Shown: positions 12,285-24,589 of the stretch, in pieces
Layout: each line of letters starts with the position of its first letter
Position numbering within the stretch: the stretch's first letter is position 1
Notes under the pieces: model-generated
Told to the model about the DNA's origin: nothing
The model's input: only the letters and a program-made list of their open reading frames with translations
The model's database searches: none
Assembly (NCBI GenBank): GCA_905178155.1
Contig: CAJINV010000002.1
Location: 8,939,412 to 9,003,411, forward strand
Source: Amoebophrya sp. A120
Taxonomy: Eukaryota > Protista > Dinoflagellata
Length of the DNA: 64,000 bases
Reading direction: 5' to 3'
Position numbers and translations under genes: made by a program

Positions 12285-15200
12285 TCACTTTACGCGGTCA
12301 CTCCGCCCGTAGTCCGTCGTACTCTGATGGCGCAGCCCAAAATTTCGCGTTGCCTGCGACGCAAACTGCCGCGCGTCCCGGGCGGCCGACTCGTCAAACA
12401 TCATGGTGTTGCGGCGCCGCATCAAAGCAAGTTCGAACTCTCGGTCCTGCACACGCTCCTCGTGGTTCCTCGTGCGCGCCATGATGTGGTGCATGGAGTT
12501 TTGCATTTTCAGCAAATCCTGCTGAGATGGCGGCTCCCGTTCCCTTCTCTCCGGTCCACTGTGTCTGCCAAGCTCCACCATATAACAGTGCACAACTCCC
12601 CCTCCCCCTCATTTGTATAGCATGAACGGCAATACAAGCATCAGCAAGAATGCCGGTTTTGCATGACAAATTTGCAGTGGAGTATGTATGGTGGTATTTG
12701 GGCTACCAGAACTTGTCATGCAAACAGTGTCAAGAGGCAAAGGGTGGATTGGGTATTTTGCATGACGAATCAGGGGGAGGGGGAGTTGTGCACTGTCATA
12801 CTCCACCCCGTGCTGTTCGTGTTCGGATTTGAAGGCAGGCGCGCGTGGACTACGCAGCACTTGTTGTTGCTGTCTCGGAGTAGCAGCGCTCCGTGCGGAC
12901 CTTGGCGTTGCTTGTGGTTGTAGTTCCGCAGCCGTTTTAGTATTTTGTTCGGATGAACCAGCAGCGTGGTTTCTATGATGCGGATGCCCACCGTCGTGCT
13001 GGTGCGCTCCGTGCGCAGAGGATGCTATGACTGCTTCGTCGTCGTGCCTGTTGGTGATGTCCAATGTTGGATACTGATCGGACGCGATGCTTCCGTAGAT
13101 ATCGTTCTCTGGTGCTCCAAAAACGGTAGGGTGAGACCTGGTCAAACGCGGAGCAGCGTGATGCCCTGCCGCGATTTGGTGCGCCCCAGCTGTCTGTTTA
13201 TTCTCTTGGTCTTCATACAGTAACGCGCCGTAATTTTTCCCGCCCATGGCGACGTGCGGGGCGGAGTTTTCCGGCGTGTCCCCACTTGCACCTCGTGGAA
13301 CCAGGTTTGGGCTGGAGACCGTCCCCGCGAGAAGGCGCTTCTTCGTCCTCTCTCGCCTCTTGTTCGCGTCCGCCTGGCATTGATCCCGCGCAAGGCCCAG
13401 CAAGTCCGCGGAGTCCTGCTCGGCAATTTGGTCTTGCTCCTTCAGCATCCTTAAAGCCGACATGAGCGGCAACGCAAGAAACGACGCGGCTGTCTCAAGG
13501 GCGCTCCTCGTTCGCTCCGCATACATGTTCAGCGAGGAAGCGCTTCTTCCATTCTCAAGCTCGGACGACTGTGGCACGGTCCGACTGGCGAGCGAATGCC
13601 CGCTGCTGCGGCTAAGCATGCTCGCACTCGTCACCACATTCCGCCCCGCCTGCATTCCCGCCTGGCGCTGGTCCTCCGGAGTAACCATTTTTCCGTGCAA
13701 CTTCTCATCCGCCTTCGCGTTCTTCGCTAGAGACAGTAGTTGTGGCGGCTTGTAGCCGAAAAGGGACCGCCGCAAATAAAAGTAGAACAAGTAGAGCCGA
13801 CTCCGTCTGGCGACCGCACCCCGGCCCGTGGAGGCAGCAGAGATGACTTTGGGTAAATCCTGTTTCCAGGTGCCGATGGTGATCAAATTGTTACCGTCGT
13901 CGTCCATGACGTCGAAGAGTAAGCGCGTAATCTGCAGGCACCGCAGAAGCTCCACTTCCCCGCGGATGCAATCGGTCACGTATTCCGCCACCTGATAGCG
14001 GGAAGGAGATCGTGTTCTCATTCTGACAAGCTCAATGCCACCGTCCTATACGAAAAACTAAACGAATTTCAAACCAAATACCTTATGACACAGCAGCAAG
14101 CTGCTATCGGCGTCCGTCTCGTCCTCGGGCGGCACGAAACCGAAATCTTGCCCCATGTACTTGTACAAGGCGACCAGCTCCAACTCTCCCAGGCAACTCG
14201 GGGCCGCCGGGTCCTCTTCGGCAATCTGCATCGCGTGGTAGAGAAAAAAGTGGTCCGCGTTATGCATCAGCAGAATGCACCAGCTGATCCAGATCACGCC
14301 CGGGAACATCGCTAAAAAGACCGCGACGATCAGGTAGTTTTCGACAGAGAGGTTCAGCGGATTGTCTTCCCCGCTGCTGTACACGGCGATCACCGTCCCG
14401 ATAAAGTAACAGGCCGGCACGACCCACCGGGACACGCCGTCCAGGTCCTGGACCAATAACGGCCCCAACCGCTGGTACAGAATCTCGCCTATCATCACCG
14501 CCAGGACGCAATTCGTCATCACCAGCGTGATATACAGCAAGGCCGCGTCGAAGTGGGACAGTTCGAACATGGTATCCGGCGCCTCCTTATCCTGTGCAAA
14601 AGTATCGTACTCGTAGTAATCGCAGGCATGCATTACAAATCTTTTTCCTAAGGTCAATCAGCATTACAAGTTCCATTTCTCATGCGGAGAAAATTTGTAA
14701 TGCAATTCATACTAGAAGAACTAGTACGATACTTTTGCAATGCATACTCCTCGGTCGCAAACGCCTTGAAGTTACCGAATGCGAGAAAGGCGAGGAACCC
14801 GGACATGAACCGCGGCATAATGTTCGACGGGTGCACGATAAACGTCGAGAACGCAAAAATCGTCAGCAGCGCCGCCGGAACCCAAATCCGGTAGCGCATC
14901 AGCCCCACCGCGCGGGCGACAGTAACCTTTAACGTCGCAACGGACGTGGCCGAAGCGTCCGAGGTGGTTGTGGTGTTGGACCGAGTTAGGAGAAAACTGG
15001 ACTTTTTCGGTTCCCAAATCCGCACCCAGTGGTTCTCGGCGACAATTGCGGGGACGCCGGGGGAGAAGTATGGAATGTTGAAGTTATCCGGCCGCAGAGC
15101 AGTGAGCGCCGCTTGCAAATGGGCGGGGGAGAAAGCGAAGGAAGATGAAGCTGTACTAACAGCATTTCCACTACTTGTAAGTCCTTGTGCTGTCGCACTC

Positions 15201-18025
15201 AGCTCCAAAATGGCGCTCGTGAACTCGCCGTAGTAATCGCTGGAGAACACCGTCGCGGTTTGCGGCTCCGCGACAATGGTCATTTCCTGTCGGTCGAAGG
15301 GGTATTGGGTCCAATTTGGGTACACCGGGCAATCGTTCACCTGCACCGAGTAACTGAATTTCACCAGCGGGTAGAAAACTTCCAACTTTTTCCCATTGAT
15401 CGGGATCTCCAGTACGGATCGGCAGTCCTGGATGGTCATGCGCGGGAGAAAAACCGTCTGCTGCGCCTCAGCGAGGTTCACCGTGTGTGTCTCGTAGACG
15501 CCGTTCGCCAACATGGTGCGCAGGTCGTGAAAGACGATCTCAATCTGCAGTCTCGCGGTAAAAATGGTTTCCTCGTACGAACGAAACTCCTTGTAGGACA
15601 GGTGCAGATACTGCATCACGTTTTCTGATGTTGCTCTAGGAAAAGAGACTGAGCCCTGGGCTCCTCCTGCGCTTCCCAGATTCATTGCCCCGGAGGAGCC
15701 GTAGGAGAATTCGTTTCTTTCTGACGTAGGCATCGAGTAAAAATACCGATTCTCTTGTTCACTCGACAATGAAGAAGCAGCCGAAGCGCCGGTGGAGGGA
15801 GCCCCGAGGAAGATGTCGCATCTCCTACCAAAGTAAAACGGCAAGCAATCGCAATACGCTACTTGCGATGATGTTGAAGATGTTGTACTACCTGCGGCTA
15901 CGCTTCTGTCACGTGATACCAGCAGTTCGGGAACCAAACCGTAGGGGAACGAACTTGACCCAGATGAATGCTGCTGAGTAGAAGAGCCAGAGAGAGACAT
16001 CTCTCGGCAAAACCCGTACACACAGGTGCCGTTGCGTGTATCCAGCTGCTGACAGGGCGAGGAGGCTGCGGTTGTTGGGAAGGTGAGCTGCTTCGTTCGC
16101 GTGATGGAAAGTGCGAAAGAAGTAGCGGTCGAACTGGCTGTTAGTATTTCCATGTAGTTCTGAAAATTCACTATCGGTTTCAACACCGCGGTACTTGGTG
16201 TAGACGAAGACGAAAAAGCAACGTTGGACACGTAAACCCGCATGGATGAAGCAGTGTTCCCACTCGTCGTTGAACTACTTGCCGACTGCATCATTTGCGC
16301 CGTACTTTGATACCGCAGGTTTTCCCGCCCGGACACTTTGCTGGAAAAAGCCTGCTGCGCAAAAGCGTCTGCCAAACTCGATGCCGCTGTCGTCGCATTC
16401 CCGATCGCCATCAGAGCGGCACTGGCCGCGTCGTAGACTAATGGAAGTGAATTTTCGCACAGCCCCGGCGGCGACAGCCGCTCTTCCGGCAATAACCACG
16501 TGGGCGCAGCGGCAGGTTTTGCGGTCGTGGTGCTTCCAGACAGGGTGGTTGACGAAAAGATAAAACTCGCTGGTAGCTTCAATGGACTACTAGTCGCACT
16601 TCTCTTTGCCCACGTGTTCTCCAAAAACTCAGTCGAAAATTGGGCGCTTTCTGCGCTGGTCAACAGCGTGTTTCGAATGTCGAAATTTACCAGCCCGTGA
16701 AACACACTGTCGACACTTTTCGACTCTTCACCGAGCGACTGGCTCATAGACCCGTAATTCGTTGAGGAGGCCGAAAACAAATCCTCGCCTGCATCTACCG
16801 TGACAAATACGAAGTCCTCGTGTCGCTTTCGCAAACGTTCGCCGACGGCTCCTACACCCGTTGCGTTCCCGACATGCGAAGCCGTGCTCCTTTGCAAGAA
16901 TTGGAACTTCCTCGCTTTTTCTTGAAAAAAGCTTCGCAGCACAAGGGGCGCGCCGTTCAGAAGTAAAACGACGAGTTGCACTGCGGAGTTCTGTAGCTCG
17001 GTTAGGACGTAGTCAATTTCAGCGAGTAAGTTATCATAATCCTCCATGGAGTAAGAATCAGCAGCTCCTTTCGGCAATTCGAAGCGAAGAACAGAGCCGC
17101 TGCTGGTTGTCGCGGCAGCCCCTCCAGCGCTGCTCTCCACTCCCTCTACGAACCGGTCGCCGAGTATTTTCGCGGAACCAGACGCGCGAAGCGATACGAC
17201 CGCAATCTTCGCTGGCGATATTGATGTATTTGGATTTGCATCCGCTGTGCCTCCATCACCTACAATGCCCGCAATCGGTACAACTGATTGAAAAAAACCG
17301 GCGATTTGCTGGACTAGAAACAACAGCGGAGTCGTCGCGTCACTCCGAACCGTATTCGAATCGTAGAAGAGAAACTCACTTGTGTAATTCTGTCTCTTCA
17401 CCACTCCCGTCCGAGGCAACGCGTCTTCTAACCGCTCAACGCCAAACGGAACCAGCGCCACCGCATTCTTCTGCTGCGCCGCCAGCGCGCTTTCGAAATA
17501 CACCTGCGCCGCCTTCAGCTCGTCGGCGCTGGACGGCCCGAGGAAGGTGAGAAATTGAGTCGTCGGAGAATTCACTCCAAAAGTCGTTTCCACGACATCG
17601 TTCAGAACTGTGTAACTTCGTCCTGGAACCACGGGTGCGCCGCTGCTGGTCTGACTACTTGTAAAGGAGTCCAAATCCACGCTGGAAATGGCAACGTCGT
17701 CAGTCACTGCGTTATTTGCCTCGGAGCTCGTGTAGTCGTCAAAAGCTAGCTGCGCCGTAGCTGCGAAAACCCGGCAACACCGCTGCGTTCGAAACGGACA
17801 GACGAAAACGAGCTGCGAGCTATTGGTAGGAGTCCCTTGCTGCGCTGACACGAGTTCTGCTGCTTGGAAACTACCGAAGAGAAAGGTGAGGAACAAGCAG
17901 CGGTACGGGAGCCAAGAGGAACGCATTTTCTTTACCATCAACAACAAAGTACTTTCCGAGGTCGCCATAATTTTTGCAGAAGTTGATGAAACAAATTTGC
18001 GATACCACATGATAGAAACTCTCAC
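12285..18025 (-). CDS. Cys-less (Pro-loop) pentameric ligand-gated ion channel-like protein with N-terminal periplasmic-binding/Venus-flytrap-like domain, EGF-like module, extra TM helix and C-terminal EF-hand
   Basis: Signal-like CLFLTFLFGSFQAA; FLGPSS and VYDAA motifs; CVYGFC...CDCLPFYFGRRC; YPFDRQ loop; pre-M1 Arg; M1 WVPAALLTIFAFSTF; M2 PRFMSGFLAFLAF; M3; M4 DGVSRWVVPACY; fifth hydrophobic helix; DDDGNNLIT loop. Interrupted by TIR elements 14588-14746 and 12581-12800 and a GT-AG intron (donor at 14081). Confidence 0.82.
12581..12800. mobile_element. Introner-like element (220 bp), TAT...ATA
   Basis: ~37-bp TIR TATAACAGTGCACAACTCCCCCTCCCCCTCATTTGT / ACGAATCAGGGGGAGGGGGAGTTGTGCACTGTCATA; flanks CACCA / CTCCA (one mismatch); removal of 225 nt joins ORFs 12609-14021 and 12285-12593 in frame. 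Confidence 0.9.
14588..14746. mobile_element. Introner-like element (159 bp), TAT...ATA, in the channel M2-M3 loop
   Basis: TIR TATCCTGTGCAAAAGTATCGTACT / AGTACGATACTTTTGCAATGCATA; direct repeat CTCCT at 14583-14587 and 14747-14751; removal of 164 nt gives FKAFATEEAPDTMFELSHFD. Confidence 0.9.
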
Positions 18026-18380
18026 TCAAAAAACACAGCGGACACACAACTTGCAGTCTCGGCCTGGTGGCGTTCGTTCCTGAGTCTACTTTTACACATT
18101 AGATTTCCGGTTGAGCAGCAAAAAATTTTGTATGTGCAGCAGAAGTTGTATGTGCCAGCACTGACAGCGCACGATCAAACACGAGACCGTCACACCAGCA
18201 GCACCGATACAAAAGTATTTGCCGTATCGAGAAGCTGCGCACTATCTTTGCCCTTAGCGACCAAGACGACATTGCAAATCACGAAAGGACGACGACGCCG
18301 TCCTGTCACAGATTTACAATACGACGAGCCCAACGACCCATGACACAACACTTAACGACAACGTTGCCTCCCTTTATCAA

Positions 18381-18716
18381 CGATGCCTTAGACCTTTCTT
18401 CCCCACATCGTCACGACGATCAAGTCCGACTCTCCTACCTGCTATACCGAAAAAGTTCATGTTGGTGCAGTTTTACTTTGTATCCTAGTTGCGACGCATC
18501 CAATTGGCAGCACTAGCGCCCGCTATTCAATCCAAAACTTGTTCCATCACAGCCATGACAATGTTGGTTGTCGACAACATTTTCCTTCGATTTTTTGGAC
18601 TGCGAAAATTGGTACAGTACAAACGAAAGCTAGCCACATTGTAAGCCAATCGCTGGTACTGAAACTGACACAGAGTGCCTTTTCTTTGAAAATCTAAGTA
18701 TCAGAACTGTTGTGAA
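18381..18716. repeat. Dispersed intergenic repeat, copy A (similar to ~28620-28935)
   Basis: Shared blocks ATGCCTTAGACCTT, CATCACAGCC, TGTCGACAAC, GACTGCGAAA.TTGGTACAGTACAAAC and TATCAGAACTG in the same order. Confidence 0.8.
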
Positions 18717-20141
18717 AGTTGAGAACAGTAAATAGCTTTACGTCTCAAATACGGCAAGTACAAAACCATTTACGGTGGACGAGGAATGCAGATGCACAGC
18801 ACTTCCGTCGTCGCATAGATATGAAACTACAATCTCCTAATACCATACGAGCGGAAGTGCCACTATATATATATAACAATGTAACGGCACGAAAAATTGA
18901 CACACGTAGAATTCAGAGGGTGCCATTTGTAGTGTCGGTGCGCTCCAACCAATACTAGGCTCGTTGCGTTGAAGTTAGTTGAAATGCATTTACTCATACA
19001 TTATTATATGTGTTACGGATGTAGTTGCGGCTGGACTTTTCAATCACACGTCCTCCTGTCCTCTTCGTCGATAATCCATTCTGTTGAGAACCCACACCGG
19101 ATCCTCCACGTCACTTTCCTCGAACGGGATAGCCACATTTGCGTTTCGCTACTCAGGCATCACCGCGCTGGCACTGAGGAAAAGGCACGAAGACTCGAGA
19201 AGTTGCGACTCGTGAGGTCGCAAGCGCACGAAATTCTCTTTCGTTGCCAGCCGCTCTGCGATGAGCGGCGGGATGGCCCCGACCCCGACTGCAGCCGGTA
19301 CGAGAGCTACCCGATAGGGGGAAGACTTGTCCTGTTCGAAGCGACTACAACACTCTGGTATACTCATGCGACGGCTACAGTAGATCCACTGAAATGCGTA
19401 GACCGGAGCCGTTGGATCCAAAGAAACCTCGTGACCGGACTCTAGGTTGCAACAACTGAACTCGCGTAATTGCAGAACGGCTGTACTTCAGTGGATTCTC
19501 TCGCGTCCTCTGAATTTGAAGAAAGCAGGAACAACAATTTTCACTGTACCACAAGAGAAAGACAATGTAGGACAAGCTTTTGCGGTACTGTAGGAGCACA
19601 AGAGAAAGACAAAGAAGAAGGATAGCAGCTCGTTTGTACATTTAATTTAGTCGCTCAAGTTCAAGTTTTAGCTAGTACGTGTACGGTATAGGAGAATATA
19701 TACACTTACAGTGGTTTTAGGCGAATTTCAGAGCGCCATGGATGCTCAGGCGAATTTCAGGGCACCATAGGGGCTTTTCATAAATAACAGGTGCTTTACA
19801 GACGTGGTCGTCGCGGTGAAAGTGCCACCTTACATAATTGGATCCGAGGAAAACACTCTCAGGTGTACATGATTTGACAAGGTTTGTACATTCAAGACAA
19901 CTACAGGGTAGGTACAGGTACATCAAGGAGTACAACGAGGACTGCAATTTTACATACTTAAGTACGTGCTGACTCCGAATACACATTGGTTCATCTTGAC
20001 ATAAACTCCAAAAATCAGGTCGGGTGGGGGTACTGCAACAATTCAATGAGTCGAGATTTCGAACTTTCCCAAGAGCTACAAGTATGAATCCACCTTGGTA
20101 AGTAAAGAATTCTTTTCTTGTGCGTCTCAGATACGTGGGAT

Positions 20142-20720
20142 TTAGTCGTCCCGCCCTGTCTCATTCTCGTGCTTTCCGGAGGGCACAGATGAAACCGAGT
20201 CGGAACGCTTCAGAGCAGATTCGCCTCCGTCTGTCCCGCCGTCCTCGTTCTTTGTTCTGTCGCCGGGTGTGTATCGATCGCCCTGGTATATGTGCGGCAA
20301 AAAGTCGCCAGTTGGATAGGTATCCGTATCGGGTGACACGACGCTGTCTGGAACACTCTTCAGTATTTCCGCTACGGATCGCCCAACGCTTTCGTGGAGT
20401 CGTGTATTCTTCGCGAGCGGCCAATACATGCCTCTCATCTTTTCCGGGAGTCCGTCTATCTGGGTTAGTCGTTCTGCTTCGCTGTCCTCGAGGTTTGCAA
20501 CTTGTCCAATTGCTTTCGTCATCGCCACGTAGATGTCATCGAGGAGGATTGCTCTTTGAGAGGTTGCTTTGCTGTACCGGGCTCGTACTTGCCCAAGGTA
20601 ACTAAAAACGGCACGACGCAGCTCTGCTTCTGTCTCCACGACGTGCTTGGCCGACGTGTCTAGCCCTTCGTCCGCATGGGCGTCCAGTGCAAATATGTCT
20701 CGGTCTGCAAAGGTGCACAG
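20142..20720 (-). CDS. Hypothetical protein, probable terminal exon; 5' part unresolved
   Basis: ~190 protein-like codons ending in a stop at 20142; no recognisable motif; upstream sequence is repeat-rich. Confidence 0.4.
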   Translation of the reverse strand: MCTFADRDIFALDAHADEGLDTSAKHVVETEAELRRAVFSYLGQVRARYSKATSQRAILLDDIYVAMTKAIGQVANLEDSEAERLTQIDGLPEKMRGMYWPLAKNTRLHESVGRSVAEILKSVPDSVVSPDTDTYPTGDFLPHIYQGDRYTPGDRTKNEDGGTDGGESALKRSDSVSSVPSGKHENETGRDD

Positions 20721-21419
20721 AAGTACTGTACCGCTATCAGTAGTTTCAGTCATACATATATTTTGTTCTGATCTTTGAAAGAGGCTTCCGAACTTTTGCG
20801 GAATATCTTGAAAAATTTTACCAAATGCTAACACAGAAGTACCCCGCACCACCCGGCAATCTGCCCGGAAAGCGACCCATTAATTTTGGGTAGTGTTCGC
20901 GAGTATTCTGCGAAATGCTTTCAAACATTCTGCGGAATCCGTGCAAATACCTCGCACCATGCAGCAGGAAACGCCTCAAGAAGCAACCCGCTTCCGTGGC
21001 TCTTTGCAAACATCCGGGAGGGTGCTCCGAGATATTAACCAGGATAGATGCTCTCGAGTTAACAACTCCGAAAGAGTGGGTCTGGGTGACCGCGCCTACT
21101 TTGGAATTGATTGATGTAGCAATACGCTGCACCTCTGGCCAATTATCAAAAGCAGGATGAGGCTAAGCGCTGCCAGCTAACGGAGACAACACCGCTCCGG
21201 GCAACGACGTGCGGGTCTTTCGGTTTCCCGTTCGATCGTTGCTCGTGTCGTGTGTTGTACGGCCTGGCAATGTCGAAATTACACACAAAAGCAAGGCAAC
21301 CCGCGTGCCGCGTGTCATATCCCCCCCAAAAGAAAAAAGGAAGCCGCGCGCAGCGTGCCCACAGTCTGCGTGCAGTGCGCGCCGGTGCGTCGAGGCCCCC
21401 CGGCCGACGGACACGGATG

Positions 21420-21940
21420 TGCGTGAGGCACTTTGTGGAGGTGCTGCGGCAACGCAGCGGCGCACTCCACGGCTGCGCAGACTCCACTCCGCGCGGACGT
21501 GCGTCAAGCATTCTGCTCAGGTGCTGCTGCGCAAGCAGAGGCCCACTTTGCGGAGGTGCTGTGCGCGCCGCACTGTACTCAGTTGCTGCTGCGAAAGCAG
21601 AGGTCGGTGCACTTTTGCAGATGTGCGGGCCGCACTCAGCTGGCTTCAGTGAACGCAGCCGTCGCATTCTGAAGAGGAGCTGCCGCTCATGCGGAGCTGC
21701 ACTCCACAGAAACACGGATCGTGCTTCGAGGAGGCGCTGCCGCGAAAGCGGAGGTGCACTCCACCGAGGTACACGCTACGCTCGGTGAAGGTGCTACCGC
21801 TAACCGGAGGTGTACTCCAAAGACGTGGGCGCCGCCCCCGGAAGAGGGCGACGACACAAATAACGCCATCCAGTGGAGACGCGCGTCGTCTGGTGTAGAG
21901 GTGCTGCCGCGAGGTGGAAGCAAGTGCACTCCGTGCGCAA
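21420..21940. repeat. GC-rich degenerate tandem repeat (GAGGTGCTGCYGCGAAAGCRGAGGTGCACT-like unit)
   Basis: Recurrent GGTGCTGC...GCGAAAGC.GAGGT...GCACT(T/C) blocks at ~21438, 21519, 21582, 21731 and 21898. Confidence 0.65.
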
Positions 21941-23539
21941 CGACCGCGTTCTCCGCTAGCAGCGCCAAGTCCCAGGACTTGAGGTCGCTGCCCACACACA
22001 AAAGACAGAGCGCCGGCTTTCTCGGGTGCGAAGCCGACGTTCTACACACGGACCCTAGAGGTCTTCCACGCAGTCGCTGTTCGAACGCGCACAGCCCTTC
22101 AGCAGGTGCGCGTGCGTACGGCTGGACGCCGCGCAGCAAAAGACGCTGCGCCGGCCGCAGGCGCCGACAAGGCTCGCGCCCCCTAAGGACGCTCGCGATT
22201 TTTACGTACTCATCCGGGTGAGTATGAAAAATATCGCCAGCTACTGGCAGTTTCCATACTCGTCAACAAGTATGGTAACGGCCAGCCTGGTAAGGCCAGT
22301 GCGCCAAGATGGCCCTCACCGCGCGTGCGCGCAGGGCCACGTTGCTTGCCCGTCCTTTGTATCGGTGCAGCCTACAGGCGCACTCGACGTGTTGAGCAGG
22401 CCGAAACAAAGAGGTCGAAGATAGGTGCGTGAGGGACATACCGCGACCTTGATATGTTAGTCAGTTGAGGCCCATCTGTGTGTGTTTTCGTGCCAGTTCC
22501 TGCGCGCCCGCCCGCCCGCCCACTGGTCGTGAGTTATCGCTTGTTTTGGCAACATACTCACCCGCCCCACCTGTTTGTGTGCAGTAGATCCCTTACTCTC
22601 GTTGTGATTGCGGAGCACTAACTTCTATGCAAATCCCTGGCATCAAACTGCTCCGCAATCTTCCACAGGAATATTTGCGAATACGCGCCGAAAAAGGTAG
22701 CCCTTTCAGTCGATTGCCACACGCTGAGGGCTGTTTGCGCAGACGTGGCGCAAAGCCGAAAACTGCAAAGAACCCGCGCTAATGCTCCCCCGATGGACCT
22801 GCCTACTCGGCCGCTTACCGCATGCTGTGGAGTGAGCGTTTGCACATCTCCCACAGAATACGGCGACGCAAACCGCAGGCTCTTCGCGAATTATATTCCC
22901 GGAAGGGGCCCGCAGCTTGGGCCGATTGCAACAAGCTGTAGGCACTTGGCGAATATTGATACTCCGCGGAATCTTCCGAGATACTTACTCGGAATGCCCC
23001 AAGGCATTCCGCAAAACCTTTCCGAATATTTCCCGAAAGAGACCGCCTCGTGGGCCGATTTCCGCATGCTGCGGGATTGGAAATAGCAATAGTTTGCAAA
23101 TGAAACGCAAACATTTTGTTAAGACATAGCTTTCGCTGCTCTGGTGTTCCACTCATCCAGACCTAGACATTTTTGCACTACATAATTGAGAAACGCAACC
23201 GTAACAAAGTCTTGACCTGTGTGTTAGGTTGAACAGCATGAGTGCTGCAAATTCATTACTGTTCTTCTCTGTCTTTCTTTTTTCTTTTGCTATTGGGCTT
23301 GAGAACACTCGCACACACTTGCACGCGTCTGCTGCGCTGGGCTCGTTGGTTGTCAACAGCTGCGCGACTCCCCCGCCTGCAAGTAAGCAAGCAAGTGGCG
23401 CCAGTCTCTTGCTGCGCTACATCCTGCAGGCTCAGCTCATTCAGGTCCATCAAGATTCTCACGCGATTCCATCGCATTCCAGGAGCACGGTCCGCTTCGT
23501 AGCTAGCTAGCTCATTCGGGATCTTGGTCGAGGGTGCAA

Positions 23540-23825
23540 ACTTTATCTAGGATGGATCTTCTGGATAAAGTTTTGCTGCAGGATCTACCAAAGAAATGGG
23601 AGCAGGGTCGCTTCACGAGCTACAGAGCCTGGGTAGAAATTTTATCTAGGACGGCGGTCCTGGATAAAACTTTGACTCGGGGCCCAGCAAGTGAGCGCCC
23701 TGATCCTGGTACACCCACAGGCTGGGGGGGCCGTCGCGCCACCCGCCACAGAGCCTGGGCAAAGATTTTAGCTAGGGCGGCGGTCCTGGATAAACCTTTG
23801 ACCCGGGACCCTGCAAGTGAGCGGA
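23540..23825. repeat. Three diverged tandem copies of a ~100-125-bp unit
   Basis: TTTATCTAGGA...CTGGATAAA..TTTG at ~23541, 23642 and 23767; ACAGAGCCTGGG at 23622 and 23748; GCAAGTGAGCG twice. Confidence 0.8.
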
Positions 23826-24589
23826 CGGGCCTCGTCAGTCATCTCACCACGGAACGGGCCGCACTTGGGGCGATCGCGTTACGTGTGTGCGAGACCGATT
23901 TCCATGACCAACGCCACCAAATCGCGTTGGTTGTGGACAGCGCAGCTCGATCGGTTATAGAATGAGCCACCTCCCCATGCGTCACTTCTCCATCATGGGA
24001 AAACACTTCCCGATTGGTGGGGACGCACTGCTTCAGTAATGGTGTGGCAGCGGGGAAGTCAGCCCCCACTTCCCCACCATCTGGCGACAGCAGTACAGTG
24101 GCGCCCGCAGCTGCGCAGCACGATCCCCGCGGCAGCCACCTGCTCTCATGCATGCTGGCACGAAAGTGAATGTGAGGCGAAGCATGCGGCGCGCGGCATT
24201 GCAAAGGAGTGCACAAAGCGAAGCACCGAACACGGAAGCACGTGGTTGGCAGGACAAAGACGACGCGGGAAGAAATGAAGCGTCGCCGCCATCCGGCCCG
24301 CCCGCGCCGTCGCACCGGCGGCCCCCCTAGGCAAACGCATGGTGAGCGACTCTACGCATCACCAACCCAGCTGCAGGGAGGCGATGCAGATTCAGGGGCG
24401 GTCGGGAAGTGAGGCACTTCGGGAAGTGATACGTGGAGAAGTGAGAAAAGGGCCTGGGAAAGTGACACACTCCCTTAGCGAGTTGCGCCTGCGCATGCGC
24501 ATGCGGTCCGTGTTTGTAAGTCATTAAAACACATTTTGCAATCGCATTGAAAGTGATTCGCAACTGGAACTTGAGTATGAGTGTTAGCA

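Noticed and set aside
14591-14744. Alternative GC-AG reading of the channel intron (GCATTG...GCACAG)
   Set aside because: It is in frame, so not excluded, but the TAT...ATA ends and perfect CTCCT duplication fit the shared rule and give a compact M2-M3 loop; needs cDNA.
21146-22221. Six-frame overlapping ORFs of 110-190 aa
   Set aside because: Explained by a stop-poor GC-rich tandem repeat.
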